From Pseudomonadota bacterium (GTDB lineage: Bacteria; Bdellovibrionota; Bdellovibrionia; Bdellovibrionales; SG-bin7), in contig JAWXAY010000094.1 in NCBI GenBank assembly GCA_034439715.1, positions 32,001-96,000 of the forward strand: a stretch of 64,000 nt of DNA, in the 5' to 3' direction. The position numbers and the translations under genes are program-made. Shown here piece after piece: positions 20,913 to 30,070 of this stretch. Numbering within the stretch: the stretch's first letter is position 1; every line of letters begins with the position of its first letter. Below the pieces are notes generated by a model. It had not been told where the DNA came from, ran no database searches, and saw nothing but the letters and a program-made list of their open reading frames with translations.

Positions 20913-22061
20913 ATGTCTCGGATCACTAGACTATTAATTTTATCACTTTTGCCGAGTGTTCTGGCATCTGTTGCACTTGCTGCTCCGGAATGGACAATTG
21001 AAAAGGTTGATAGAGCGGCCTCGGGGAATAGGATGGTCCAACTCAATATTTCTAAAAATGGTGATAAGCATTTAGTTTATACCGGTTGTTCTGACGGGCC
21101 ATGTGCTCGAAGCGAACTTTTTTATTCTGTTTTAGCAGGGCGCTCTGACTGGCAAAAGACTTCCGTCGATGCTTCGACAGATGACACAGGCACGGGTTGG
21201 TTTCCGAGTATTGCTTTTGACGCCAAATCAATTGCTCATATTTTTTATGCTGACCATGAAGCACAAACTCTTCGCTATGCTACGAACAAAGATTCAAAAT
21301 GGAAAACTCAAGATTTGGGATCGGGTCGCGGTGGCTGGTGGACATCAAGTGCTGCAGCTAACGGAAAAGTTTATTTTGCCCATACAAAACTTCCAGAACA
21401 AGGTTGGGAGAATGCGGCTCTTGAGGTGGGAACGCTTGAAAACGATAAATGGACTCTTGAAGTAGTGGATGGGGCTCGCAATGCGGGTTGGTTTACTTCA
21501 ATGGCCGTGTTACCCAATGGAAATCCCGTCGTAAGTTACAATGCTGTTTTTAGTCAGCCAACGGGTGCAATAAAAGTCGCCATTAAAGGCGCCAATAATT
21601 GGGACATTGTTGATATCGATAATACATCTGTGAAACATCATGTCGCCGTGGATAGCGCGGGCAACATTCATCTTGTTTATCAGAAGGTGTCATCTGGTCA
21701 GGCTGCGAAAAGCGCATTTTCGTTGGTTCATGTGACAAACGCCAGCGGTACTTGGAAGCGCACTAATCTACAAGAGGTCGGAGATGAGGGCGTTAACAAC
21801 ACGGGCTACTTTCCAAGAATTACTACAGACGCCAGTGGGGGTTTGCATATAGCTTACACCACGATTAAAGATCAGATGATTTATGCGCGAAAACTAAATG
21901 CGAATACTAATTGGGAGTATTATTCCTTCGACGACCTCGGCGGAACTTACTATCCGTGGATTGAAGTTGAACCCAGTGGTATGGTAAGTATAGCTTACGA
22001 GCGTAGCGGTAATATATATCTCGCGACTTGTAGCAACTGTTCATCAAGAGGGAAACCTTGA
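20913..22061 (+). CDS. Secreted beta-propeller-like protein
   Basis: Signal peptide; repeats of W..E.VD / SIA.D..G..HI.Y; GGAGG RBS. Confidence 0.7.
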   Translation: MSRITRLLILSLLPSVLASVALAAPEWTIEKVDRAASGNRMVQLNISKNGDKHLVYTGCSDGPCARSELFYSVLAGRSDWQKTSVDASTDDTGTGWFPSIAFDAKSIAHIFYADHEAQTLRYATNKDSKWKTQDLGSGRGGWWTSSAAANGKVYFAHTKLPEQGWENAALEVGTLENDKWTLEVVDGARNAGWFTSMAVLPNGNPVVSYNAVFSQPTGAIKVAIKGANNWDIVDIDNTSVKHHVAVDSAGNIHLVYQKVSSGQAAKSAFSLVHVTNASGTWKRTNLQEVGDEGVNNTGYFPRITTDASGGLHIAYTTIKDQMIYARKLNANTNWEYYSFDDLGGTYYPWIEVEPSGMVSIAYERSGNIYLATCSNCSSRGKP

Positions 22062-22088
22062 GATTTGTCGGGAGGCTCGATGATCGTC

Positions 22089-23252
22089 CTAGCACTTCTT
22101 AAGTGCGGTTTCCAGATCGTTTAATAAATCCACCTGTGATTCAATTCCTACACTCAAGCGCACGAGTGTATCGCTAATTCCAAGTGCCTTGCGGTTTTCT
22201 GCCGGCACGCTCGCATGAGTCATAATTGCGGGGTGCTCGATCAACGACTCTACGCCACCTAAGCTTTCGGCCAATGAAAAAACACGAACGGATTCTAAAA
22301 ATGAGCGCGCCGTTGCGAGATCACCTTTAAGATAAAAAGTAATCATGCCGCCAAAACCCGACATTTGTTTTTTTGCGAGTTCATGTTGTGGGTGACTTTT
22401 TAAGCCTGGATAAATCACCTTCTCAACTTTTTTATGATCTTCTAAAAACCTTGCTAGTGCCTCGGCATTTTCTTGGTGGGCTCGCATACGAACTGCCAGG
22501 GTCTTTAGACTTCTTAAGCATAGAAAAGAATCAAACGGTGCGGCAATGCCACCTATGGAGTTACTTAAAAAAGCAATTCGTTCTGCAAGCGCGGGGGTAT
22601 TGGTTACCGCTACGCCGCCCACAATATCGCTATGGCCATTAATAAACTTAGTCGAAGAGTGCATAACGACATCAGCACCTAAATCTAAGGGTTTTTGAAA
22701 GTAAGGGCTCATAAAAGTATTATCGACCACAGTTATTGATTTATTCTTGCGTGCAATATCAGATATTTTTTTTATGTCGACAAGTTTAAGCATGGGATTC
22801 GTCGGTGTTTCAACCCACACAAGTTTTGTGTTCTTTTTGAGAGCGTTATTTAGGTTTTTCATATCGGTTAAATCGACATAAGAAAACTCAATGCCATTAT
22901 GCTTTAGTACCTTATCAAAAAGTCGAAATGTTCCGCCGTACATATCGTCGCCCGCAACTACATGATCACCAGCCTTCAGCAAGTGCAGTATAGTGGTGGT
23001 GGCTGCGCAGCCCGAAGCAAAAGCATAACCAAACTTACCTCCCTCAAGGCTAGCAATACAATCTTCGTAAGCCTTTCGCGTGGGATTACTTGTTCGGCTA
23101 TAGTCGTAGCCTTTGTGTTTACCCGGAGAAGACTGAACATATGTTGAAGTGAGGTAAACAGGCGTCATGATTGCACCCGTCGTGGGATCGGGTTCTTGAC
23201 CCGCATGAATGGCACGTGTCTCAAAGCCAAATTTATTAATTGGCCAATCCAT
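22089..23252 (-). CDS. Cystathionine gamma-lyase/synthase (Cys/Met PLP family)
   Basis: ETRAIHAGQ, YSRTSNPT, VDNTF, HSSTKFINGHSD (PLP Lys), SLGGVESL. Confidence 0.95.
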   Translation of the reverse strand: MDWPINKFGFETRAIHAGQEPDPTTGAIMTPVYLTSTYVQSSPGKHKGYDYSRTSNPTRKAYEDCIASLEGGKFGYAFASGCAATTTILHLLKAGDHVVAGDDMYGGTFRLFDKVLKHNGIEFSYVDLTDMKNLNNALKKNTKLVWVETPTNPMLKLVDIKKISDIARKNKSITVVDNTFMSPYFQKPLDLGADVVMHSSTKFINGHSDIVGGVAVTNTPALAERIAFLSNSIGGIAAPFDSFLCLRSLKTLAVRMRAHQENAEALARFLEDHKKVEKVIYPGLKSHPQHELAKKQMSGFGGMITFYLKGDLATARSFLESVRVFSLAESLGGVESLIEHPAIMTHASVPAENRKALGISDTLVRLSVGIESQVDLLNDLETALKKC

Positions 23253-23275
23253 ATTTGTCTCCTTTTTTTAGGTCC

Positions 23276-24652
23276 CTAAAGGTGTTGTCCCATGTATTCC
23301 AGCAAATCAATTTTTGTGACAATTCGCATTTTACCCTGTTGATTTTTTACCAGTGCCACCATGCCCTGTTTAAAATGTTCTGCTAATTGTTGTAGGGTTT
23401 CATCCCATTCAACCCAAACTATATTACCTTTAATAAGATGTATTATGGGATCCTGAGGTTTAATTTTTCCGCTAGCAAGTGGCTCTAAGAGATCGGACTC
23501 GTCGATTATGCCGACCAGGGTATCGTCTGAAAAAATCGGAACCTGAGAAATGCCCACTTTTTTAAGTGTGGTCACAACGTCCATAACAGTCTGATCGACC
23601 TTACAAGATATGACGTCATGGTCTTTGGCGCGCAATGCAATAAGGTTTCCGACAGTTCTTTCTGTAAGTGGAGAGGGTAAAAAGCCATTATCTCTAAGCC
23701 AAGCATCATTAAAGGCCTTGCTGAGATAACTTTTGCCGTGATCTGGTAATATGACGAGAATATTTGACGGTTTTTCAAGTTTTTCAGAATACTCAATGGC
23801 GCCAGCCAAAGCCATTCCCGATGAGGGCCCGACACAAATTCCTTCTTTAGCTACCAGCTCGCGACACATTACAAAAGATCTTTTGTCGTCCATCCTCAAA
23901 AAAGCATCAACATAGTTAAAATCCCAAACAGTCGGTAAAAAATCCTCACCAACTCCCTCTACTTTATAGGAATGTGCGGGTGTTCGGACTTCTTTATAAT
24001 AATAGAGATCAAAGAGAATGCTCCCGATAGGATCGATCACCACCATCTTTATGTTTTTATTTTTCTCTTTTAGAAATTTTGAAACCCCCGTTACGGTTCC
24101 ACCTGTTCCACCGCCGGCAACAACGACGTCAACTTTTCCACTCATTTGTTCCCAAATTTCGGGACCCGTAGATTTATAATGGGCCAATGTATTGTCTTGA
24201 TTGTGATATTGATTGGAATAAAAACAGTTGGGGGTAATTTCGACGAGTTTTTTAGCGACACTATAATAACTGCGTGCATCTGAAGGTTCTACGGCAGTAG
24301 GGGTAACGACAACTTTAGCGCCATAGGCTCTCAAGATCGAACGTTTTTCTTCGCTCACTTTATCGGGCATTACAAAAATTGTTTTATATCCTTTTATGCA
24401 GGCGGCAATTGCTAGGCCTAAGCCTGTGTTTCCTGACGTAGCTTCGATAATTGTGGCGCCAGGTTTTAACTCTCCACGGCGTTCGGCTTCCTCTATTATA
24501 TATTTGGCGACGCGATCTTTTACACTCTGACCTGGGTTAAAGTATTCAATCTTACCAAAAAAATTGTGTTTGCCCTTAGGTACAACGTGGTTAAGTCGTA
24601 CAATGGGAGTATTTCCAATAGTTTCCAAAATGTTATCTCTGACACCCTTCAT
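23276..24652 (-). CDS. Cystathionine beta-synthase with C-terminal CBS domains
   Basis: IGNTP, NPGQSVKDR, TSGNTG, GTGGT, CBS pair. Start set at ATG 24652 with an AGGAG RBS. Confidence 0.93.
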   Translation of the reverse strand: MKGVRDNILETIGNTPIVRLNHVVPKGKHNFFGKIEYFNPGQSVKDRVAKYIIEEAERRGELKPGATIIEATSGNTGLGLAIAACIKGYKTIFVMPDKVSEEKRSILRAYGAKVVVTPTAVEPSDARSYYSVAKKLVEITPNCFYSNQYHNQDNTLAHYKSTGPEIWEQMSGKVDVVVAGGGTGGTVTGVSKFLKEKNKNIKMVVIDPIGSILFDLYYYKEVRTPAHSYKVEGVGEDFLPTVWDFNYVDAFLRMDDKRSFVMCRELVAKEGICVGPSSGMALAGAIEYSEKLEKPSNILVILPDHGKSYLSKAFNDAWLRDNGFLPSPLTERTVGNLIALRAKDHDVISCKVDQTVMDVVTTLKKVGISQVPIFSDDTLVGIIDESDLLEPLASGKIKPQDPIIHLIKGNIVWVEWDETLQQLAEHFKQGMVALVKNQQGKMRIVTKIDLLEYMGQHL

Positions 24653-24722
24653 GAAAACTCCTTGCGCGGGGGAATCGCATCTTCTATGCTTTAATTTGTA
24701 AGATATCAGGCGGGGGAATGTC

Positions 24723-25106
24723 ATGCAAAATTCCAATAAAAGCTTTAAATTACTCGTGCTTTGGGTTTTTATATTGTATTCGGCAGTTGTTTTCTCTGCC
24801 GGCGTGGCATTGGGCGGGGTCGGAATTTCAGTTCGCCTTGAAGAAGACGGATCCTTTAGAATCTCTGAAATTGTAAGTGGAAGTCCTGCCGAGAAGGTAG
24901 GCCTAATCGTTGGCGAAGAAGTTAAAGGTGTAGATGGCGTAAGTACTTCACGTAAGACTTTGGAAGAGGTGGTAAATTTGATTCGCGGGACCGAAGGGAC
25001 CTGTGTTCTTTTATCCCTAAAACATACCACTTATCCTAATCTAAGGCATATTAAAGTGCGACGATACATATTAGCCAACATATTCGCCTCAGAAGACTGT
25101 ATTTAA
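24723..25106 (+). CDS. Secreted stand-alone PDZ-domain protein
   Basis: Signal peptide, GGVGI loop, GSPAEKVGL, VDG, LIRGTEGT (CtpA-type PDZ). Confidence 0.75.
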   Translation: MQNSNKSFKLLVLWVFILYSAVVFSAGVALGGVGISVRLEEDGSFRISEIVSGSPAEKVGLIVGEEVKGVDGVSTSRKTLEEVVNLIRGTEGTCVLLSLKHTTYPNLRHIKVRRYILANIFASEDCI

Positions 25107-25558
25107 TTGTCCGTTTTCTTTCCCCAAAAAATATAACGAAGCTTCTTTTTTTGAGCACTGATAATTTCAATGCAAGCTGGACTCATAGACTGAGGGTAGG
25201 AGTTAGGGAGTTCTTTTTCATTAACGTTGCTGGGCACTGAGTTTAGACATTGATTATCGTAGGTATTAACTGCAAATTGATAATCCGATTCTGAAACCAA
25301 ATCTAAAAATTTTAACCTTTCATTAAGCCAGTAGCAGTTTAGGGGTAGAACTTTCTGAGAAAGCTCAACTTCGCACAGAACATTGAATTTTTTAAGATCC
25401 AATGTATTCTTTCTGCTCTTATTGAGGTCAAAGAGAGATTTGGCCAAGGTTAACGACCAAGTTTCATGCTTTTCAATCAGTTTGAGCCCCTTTAAGTCAG
25501 TATTAGCTGAGGCGCTAAGCGCGCTGATCAAAAATAGGATGAGAATGAGTGGTTTCAC
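25103..25558 (-). CDS. Secreted hypothetical protein
   Basis: Signal peptide ending ASA; four Cys; start overlaps the upstream stop. Confidence 0.6.
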   Translation of the reverse strand: MKPLILILFLISALSASANTDLKGLKLIEKHETWSLTLAKSLFDLNKSRKNTLDLKKFNVLCEVELSQKVLPLNCYWLNERLKFLDLVSESDYQFAVNTYDNQCLNSVPSNVNEKELPNSYPQSMSPACIEIISAQKKKLRYIFWGKKTDN

Positions 25559-25989
25559 AGATTAAATCCTTCCATCAATTGTTTAATGATCGGTCCAATT
25601 AGTAAAATTAAATAAGCAGGAAACAAGAGAATTAGCATTGGCACCATGAGTTTAAAAGGCAACCTTTGCAATGCCAGCTCAAGCTCTTGTTCGCAAGCAT
25701 AGTTAACTTCTTCTTCTAACTGGCAGAGCGGATCATAAATCATTTGGCCTTTAAAGCCTGACTCCAAGATTTGAAAGAATACTTTTCGATACGGACTTGT
25801 ACAATTGTCAATTATTCTAGAATTATCTGATTGGTGCTGAAGTCCGATGAACCATTGCCGAACGAGTCCACAAAATTCACCTTCATTTTTTTGTAAATAG
25901 AGCTCCAGAGCGGACTTTGTTGAGAGGCCACTTTCCATTTGCATGCGGAGCTCAGAGATCAACTTAAATAAAGGATTTATATCAACCAT
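25555..25989 (-). CDS. TadC/T2SS-F-like membrane protein
   Basis: ESG, C-terminal KLMVPMLILLFPAYLILLIGP typical of TadC. Confidence 0.6.
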   Translation of the reverse strand: MVDINPLFKLISELRMQMESGLSTKSALELYLQKNEGEFCGLVRQWFIGLQHQSDNSRIIDNCTSPYRKVFFQILESGFKGQMIYDPLCQLEEEVNYACEQELELALQRLPFKLMVPMLILLFPAYLILLIGPIIKQLMEGFNL

Positions 25990-26726
25990 TTATGTTTCCT
26001 CCCAATCGAAAGGATTAAAGCAATTCCAGATAGATACAAAACAAGCGAAGAAAGAATGAGTAGAAAATTTTTATGGAGTCCGTAGCTTATCAATACATAT
26101 GCAAGCAGTGCTATGTAGAGGATGGAAAGTAAGATGGTCTGAATGAGACTTTGTTGGCTTAAAACGCGCGCCTTTAACTTAAATTTTTCTTCTCTTAGGA
26201 GCCGTTGCCTTAAGTTTTGAATGCCTTTTAATGCATTATGAGGTCTATTTTTAATCTGCAGGAGGTCGCCAACTATTTCTCTTAAGAATGCAGGTAATGA
26301 GCTAGGCTGTCGCTGATTTTCCAAAAACATCAGTGAATTGTAGATTTCGACAAACCGCTCTCTATAAAACGTCGGTAATTGCTCAGTTGCTAGCAAAAAT
26401 GCCTGCGAAAAATTTTTTCCGGACTTCATTTGAAGAGCTGTTACTGTTAAAAAACCGATTAATTGAGTTTGAAAACCAGACATTCGCATATTCCGCAGCC
26501 ATTTTTCTCCCAAAAAAATAAAAATAATGTTCGTGATAAGGAGAATCGGGCCAAAAAAAATGTTTTTAGGTACAAAGACGAGGAGAAAACCGTGAATTAA
26601 GAGCAAAAATGTGCCAATTTTTGTCAAATGGTGTTTTGAAATGAGTTTTTCTGAAAATAAATTCTCTAAAATTCGCAATTCGAATAGAAATCCGGACAAA
26701 AAAAATATAAACGTAAATATGATCAT
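25977..26726 (-). CDS. TadB/T2SS-F-like membrane protein
   Basis: FL...LQMKSGKNFSQA, KARVLSQQ followed by two TM segments. Confidence 0.55.
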   Translation of the reverse strand: MIIFTFIFFLSGFLFELRILENLFSEKLISKHHLTKIGTFLLLIHGFLLVFVPKNIFFGPILLITNIIFIFLGEKWLRNMRMSGFQTQLIGFLTVTALQMKSGKNFSQAFLLATEQLPTFYRERFVEIYNSLMFLENQRQPSSLPAFLREIVGDLLQIKNRPHNALKGIQNLRQRLLREEKFKLKARVLSQQSLIQTILLSILYIALLAYVLISYGLHKNFLLILSSLVLYLSGIALILSIGRKHKWLI

Positions 26727-26780
26727 GTGACCTCTCGGGGATTATATTTTGCAAAAAGTGGGCACATTGTATTTTTTTTG

Positions 26781-26808
26781 TTGACGAAACGGTGGGTATC
26801 AGTAAACT
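26781..26808 (+). promoter_or_regulatory. Sigma-70-like promoter of the microprotein gene
   Basis: TTGACG-N16-TAAACT preceded by a T-tract. Confidence 0.55.
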
Positions 26809-26852
26809 AATTGAGATAGGTCAACAACAAACTATATCCTGGGAGGGATAAG

Positions 26853-26939
26853 ATGGCTAAGAAGAAAAAGAAAGCTACAAAGAAAAAAGCTACTAAAAAA
26901 AGAACTACCAAGAAAAAAACTTCTAAACGTAAGAAGTAG
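26853..26939 (+). CDS. 28-aa Lys-rich microprotein (histone H1/protamine-like), absent from the ORF track
   Basis: ATG...TAG encoding MAKKKKKATKKKATKKRTTKKKTSKRKK; GGAGG RBS at 26842; own promoter and terminator. Confidence 0.8.
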   Translation: MAKKKKKATKKKATKKRTTKKKTSKRKK

Positions 26940-26962
26940 TTTTTTAAGTAGCATAGTAATTG

Positions 26963-26992
26963 AAACCCCGGGCCTAGCTCGGGGTTTTTTTT
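26963..26992 (+). terminator. Intrinsic terminator
   Basis: AAACCCCGGGC-cta-GCTCGGGG followed by 8 T. Confidence 0.85.
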
Positions 26993-27015
26993 ATTTTAGA
27001 AACAGAATTAGAAAA

Positions 27016-27073
27016 TTAGAAATAAAATGTCTTAGAAATAAGATGTCTTAGAAATAAGATGTCTTAGAAATAA
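27016..27073. repeat. 16-bp tandem repeat TTAGAAATAAGATGTC, about 3.6 copies
   Basis: Copies start at 27016 (1 mismatch), 27032, 27048 and 27064 (partial). Confidence 0.9.
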
Positions 27074-27651
27074 TAAGAGATGCCAAGAGCGCCGGTAGTA
27101 GCCGTTTGAAAGTCGTCGACATCAACTAGAGCTTGCAGTTCCAAGTACATCGAAATTCCTGCCCAAGGACCAGAGAGCTGCACATATTGCAGGCCCAGTC
27201 CAGGATAAATAATATCCTCTGAAAATTGACCGCTTTCTTTTTCGCCGGAATTGAGAAATCGCTTACCGAGAATATTAGGTAGGGTAGTTTCAATGGCTTG
27301 GCTTTCCGCTCTCTTGTGAGTCCAGCGAACATAGCCGGCAGAAAAATAGGGAAGAAAACTTGTTCCCGAAACAAATCTTTTTATCGCAAAGCCAAAGGAC
27401 TGGAAGGGGTCGCCAACTCCAAACAAGAGGCTGAGCGCAGCTTGGTCAGTCAAATTAAGATCTAAATTAATGCCAGCAATGCCAGCAGCGCCCCCAAAGC
27501 TTGAGCCAATGGCCACGCGGCGTTTTTGCCGAAACTCGGTTCCATCAAGGGCTGCCTTTGACGAAAGCCTATCGACGTTAGCCATCCTTTGGCGCGCTGA
27601 CCAACTATCAAGAGGCGCTAACAAAATAATAAGGATCGCAAACCTTTTCAT
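27064..27651 (-). CDS. Putative small outer-membrane beta-barrel protein
   Basis: Signal peptide, amphipathic strands, ends LGISYYF; last gene of the MCE run. Confidence 0.6.
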   Translation of the reverse strand: MKRFAILIILLAPLDSWSARQRMANVDRLSSKAALDGTEFRQKRRVAIGSSFGGAAGIAGINLDLNLTDQAALSLLFGVGDPFQSFGFAIKRFVSGTSFLPYFSAGYVRWTHKRAESQAIETTLPNILGKRFLNSGEKESGQFSEDIIYPGLGLQYVQLSGPWAGISMYLELQALVDVDDFQTATTGALGISYYF

Positions 27652-27659
27652 TAAATCTC

Positions 27660-28439
27660 CTAGAACAATTTAGCCTTGATTCCATCTTCCTGAAAAAATT
27701 TCTTGAGGGCCTTGGCATCTAGACCTTCTAAACGCCAAAGTAGCCGCTGAATAAGCTCAAAAGTCTTTTCAGATTTGGGATCTCGTAGGTTTTTAGAAAA
27801 ATAGGCCATGTCTTCAGTTAGCTGAATCACGTTTTCTATTAATTTTTGCGTATCTTTGTGACTGGACATTTTGTCGACCCGAGTGAGGAGACTATTGAGG
27901 TTCGAGACAAGCTTATCGGCCATTTTTAGCGTATCAGTAATCGAACCCTCATTTTTTTCAACCATGTCGAGAATTTTACCGGCTAAGCCGTAACTTTGGG
28001 AAATAAGTTGATCGATCCTCGGCGGGTCCTCGCCTCTAACAAGTGCGCCTGGCCTCAGTTTTGGGGCTGAATTACTGCCGGGTGTGATTTCTATAAATTT
28101 TTCGCCGATAACGCCAGCTAAATTAATAAAAAACTTGCTATCATTACGTAATGTATTCCAAGCTTTTTTTTCGATTCCTATTTTAATACGCAGCTTTACT
28201 TCTTCACCGCCGCCAGTCTCCATATAAGGATCAAAGGTAATAGACTTTACCTTTCCGACTTTAATTCCCATGACCCGGACCGGAGAGCCTATCTCAATTC
28301 CGCCGGCAAAATTATAAGCTAAATCTAAGTCGTAGGTATGAACAAATGGATTTATAGCTCCCAAAAAATAAGCGAAGGCAATAACTAAACAGATCATTGA
28401 GATAAAAAGTAAACCAACCTTGGTTTCAGGCTTCATCAA
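27660..28439 (-). CDS. mlaD: MCE/MlaD family protein
   Basis: ETKVGL N-terminal TM, GSPVRVMGIKVGKV, GEKFIEITPG, helical C-terminus. Confidence 0.9.
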   Translation of the reverse strand: MMKPETKVGLLFISMICLVIAFAYFLGAINPFVHTYDLDLAYNFAGGIEIGSPVRVMGIKVGKVKSITFDPYMETGGGEEVKLRIKIGIEKKAWNTLRNDSKFFINLAGVIGEKFIEITPGSNSAPKLRPGALVRGEDPPRIDQLISQSYGLAGKILDMVEKNEGSITDTLKMADKLVSNLNSLLTRVDKMSSHKDTQKLIENVIQLTEDMAYFSKNLRDPKSEKTFELIQRLLWRLEGLDAKALKKFFQEDGIKAKLF

Positions 28440-28522
28440 ATTATAGTAGCAATTAATTTTTAGAATGACAGCACCAAATCCATTTAGGCGTGCTCACATT
28501 TTTGGCAAACTCAATGAGAGAT

Positions 28523-29296
28523 TTAATAAAAGAAGGAGAAAATATAAGACAAGACAAAATCAATCATCAATATAGCCACAGAAGTTGCAACCACGCTGTT
28601 AGTAGTAGCCAGTCCCACACCCTCGGCGCCTTCGGTACATTTAAATCCGTAGTAACAACTAAAAAGTGGAATGACAGCACCAAAAGACAGGCCCTTGATG
28701 CCAGCGAACACGAGATCTTTGAAACCTACGAAGGCGCTAACTGCCGCCATAAAGCTGCCGGGTGTATGTCCCAGTTTTAGTGTGCTAACGAGCATGGCGC
28801 TGTAAAGGCAAACAACATTGGCGATTATACTGAGTGTGAGTCCGCCAATAGCACAGGCGATAAATCGGGGAACCACAAGATATCGTATGGGATTCATTCC
28901 CAACATCTGGTACGCCTCAATCTGCTCTGTTATTTTCATCGAAGCCACTTCGGCCGCCATTCCGGCTCCAACTCGCGAGGTCAATAAGAGACAAGTGACC
29001 ACGGCGCCGAGCTCTCGCAATATCAGTAAGGCTGCAAAGCCCGGAACCATTGAGTCATTTTGGATTACAATTTTCATGTGATAAGAGGCTTCGATGATTG
29101 TTACGGCCGCCGCAAAACACACGCAAAAAATAATGATGAATAGGCTTTGATTGGCCACAAAATAGATTTGCCTTAAAGTATCTTTGAACCGAAATGGCGG
29201 TATGATGACGTTACCAAGTGTTTTGGTAGTGAGATCAACAAATCCCCCAAGAAACTCCAGACTAAATAGTACTTTTACGCCAAGAGCAGTAATCAT
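28523..29296 (-). CDS. mlaE: MlaE family ABC permease
   Basis: LRELGAV, ASMKITEQIEA, VVPR, GAEGVGLATT. Confidence 0.92.
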   Translation of the reverse strand: MITALGVKVLFSLEFLGGFVDLTTKTLGNVIIPPFRFKDTLRQIYFVANQSLFIIIFCVCFAAAVTIIEASYHMKIVIQNDSMVPGFAALLILRELGAVVTCLLLTSRVGAGMAAEVASMKITEQIEAYQMLGMNPIRYLVVPRFIACAIGGLTLSIIANVVCLYSAMLVSTLKLGHTPGSFMAAVSAFVGFKDLVFAGIKGLSFGAVIPLFSCYYGFKCTEGAEGVGLATTNSVVATSVAILMIDFVLSYIFSFFY

Positions 29297-30070
29297 CTAA
29301 ACTCCTAAGAAAAGCATTAGGATGGTGTCCCCAATTAAACTTGTCAGCCAGTCGGCAACTACAATCCCTACCATCGTAACAACCGCAGTGCTAACGACGG
29401 CTCGCCCGACTCCTCGAGCGCCTCCCGTCGTATTGTAACCCTTGTAGGTGCACACCGAAGCCAAAACAATTGCGAAAACTAAACATTTAAAAAGACCTAG
29501 TGCTAGTGAGGCAGGAGTCACTATAGTGGGAACGTGTCTTAAGTATTCTTCGGGGTTTATTCCTGAAAAAAACATTCCTAATAACAGTCCACCGAAAATA
29601 GACATTAAGAGTCCCACTGCCAGTAAAAAGAAACTAGAAACAATAATACCGATAAAGCGTGGAAGAATAATTTCGGTAAACGGATTTGCACCCAAGCAGC
29701 GGATGGCATCGATCTGCTCTGTAACCTTCATTGTGCCGAGTTCAGCCGAGGTAAAAGCACCCACTTTTCCGCTAAGCATAAAGGCGATGAGTAGGGGACC
29801 GACTTCTCTCACTGTCGCACTTGTTGAAAGCCCGCCGAGGTAGCCCAAGGCCCCAAACTGACTAATCTGCATAGTAAACTGAATGGTCATGATGGCTCCC
29901 ACAAAAAATCCGGCAAGAGCAGTTGTTGGTAAGCTTTGAACTGTTACGTACCAAATTTGAGAGTTTATTTCTGAGTAAGTACATGGTTGGCGAACGGCAG
30001 TGTGAAATATTTGCCTAACAAATAGTAGGCATCTCCCAATGTCATCGATGATATCGTACAAAGCCTTCAT
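29297..30070 (-). CDS. mlaE: MlaE family ABC permease (second paralogue)
   Basis: VREVGP, AELGTMKVTEQIDA, GGARGVG. Confidence 0.92.
   Translation of the reverse strand: MKALYDIIDDIGRCLLFVRQIFHTAVRQPCTYSEINSQIWYVTVQSLPTTALAGFFVGAIMTIQFTMQISQFGALGYLGGLSTSATVREVGPLLIAFMLSGKVGAFTSAELGTMKVTEQIDAIRCLGANPFTEIILPRFIGIIVSSFFLLAVGLLMSIFGGLLLGMFFSGINPEEYLRHVPTIVTPASLALGLFKCLVFAIVLASVCTYKGYNTTGGARGVGRAVVSTAVVTMVGIVVADWLTSLIGDTILMLFLGV

Noticed and set aside
24653..25030. 126-aa N-terminal extension on cystathionine beta-synthase
   Set aside because: It is the antisense of the PDZ gene; family similarity and an RBS start at 24652
27016..27073. CRISPR array
   Set aside because: Contiguous 16-bp units with no spacers and no cas genes
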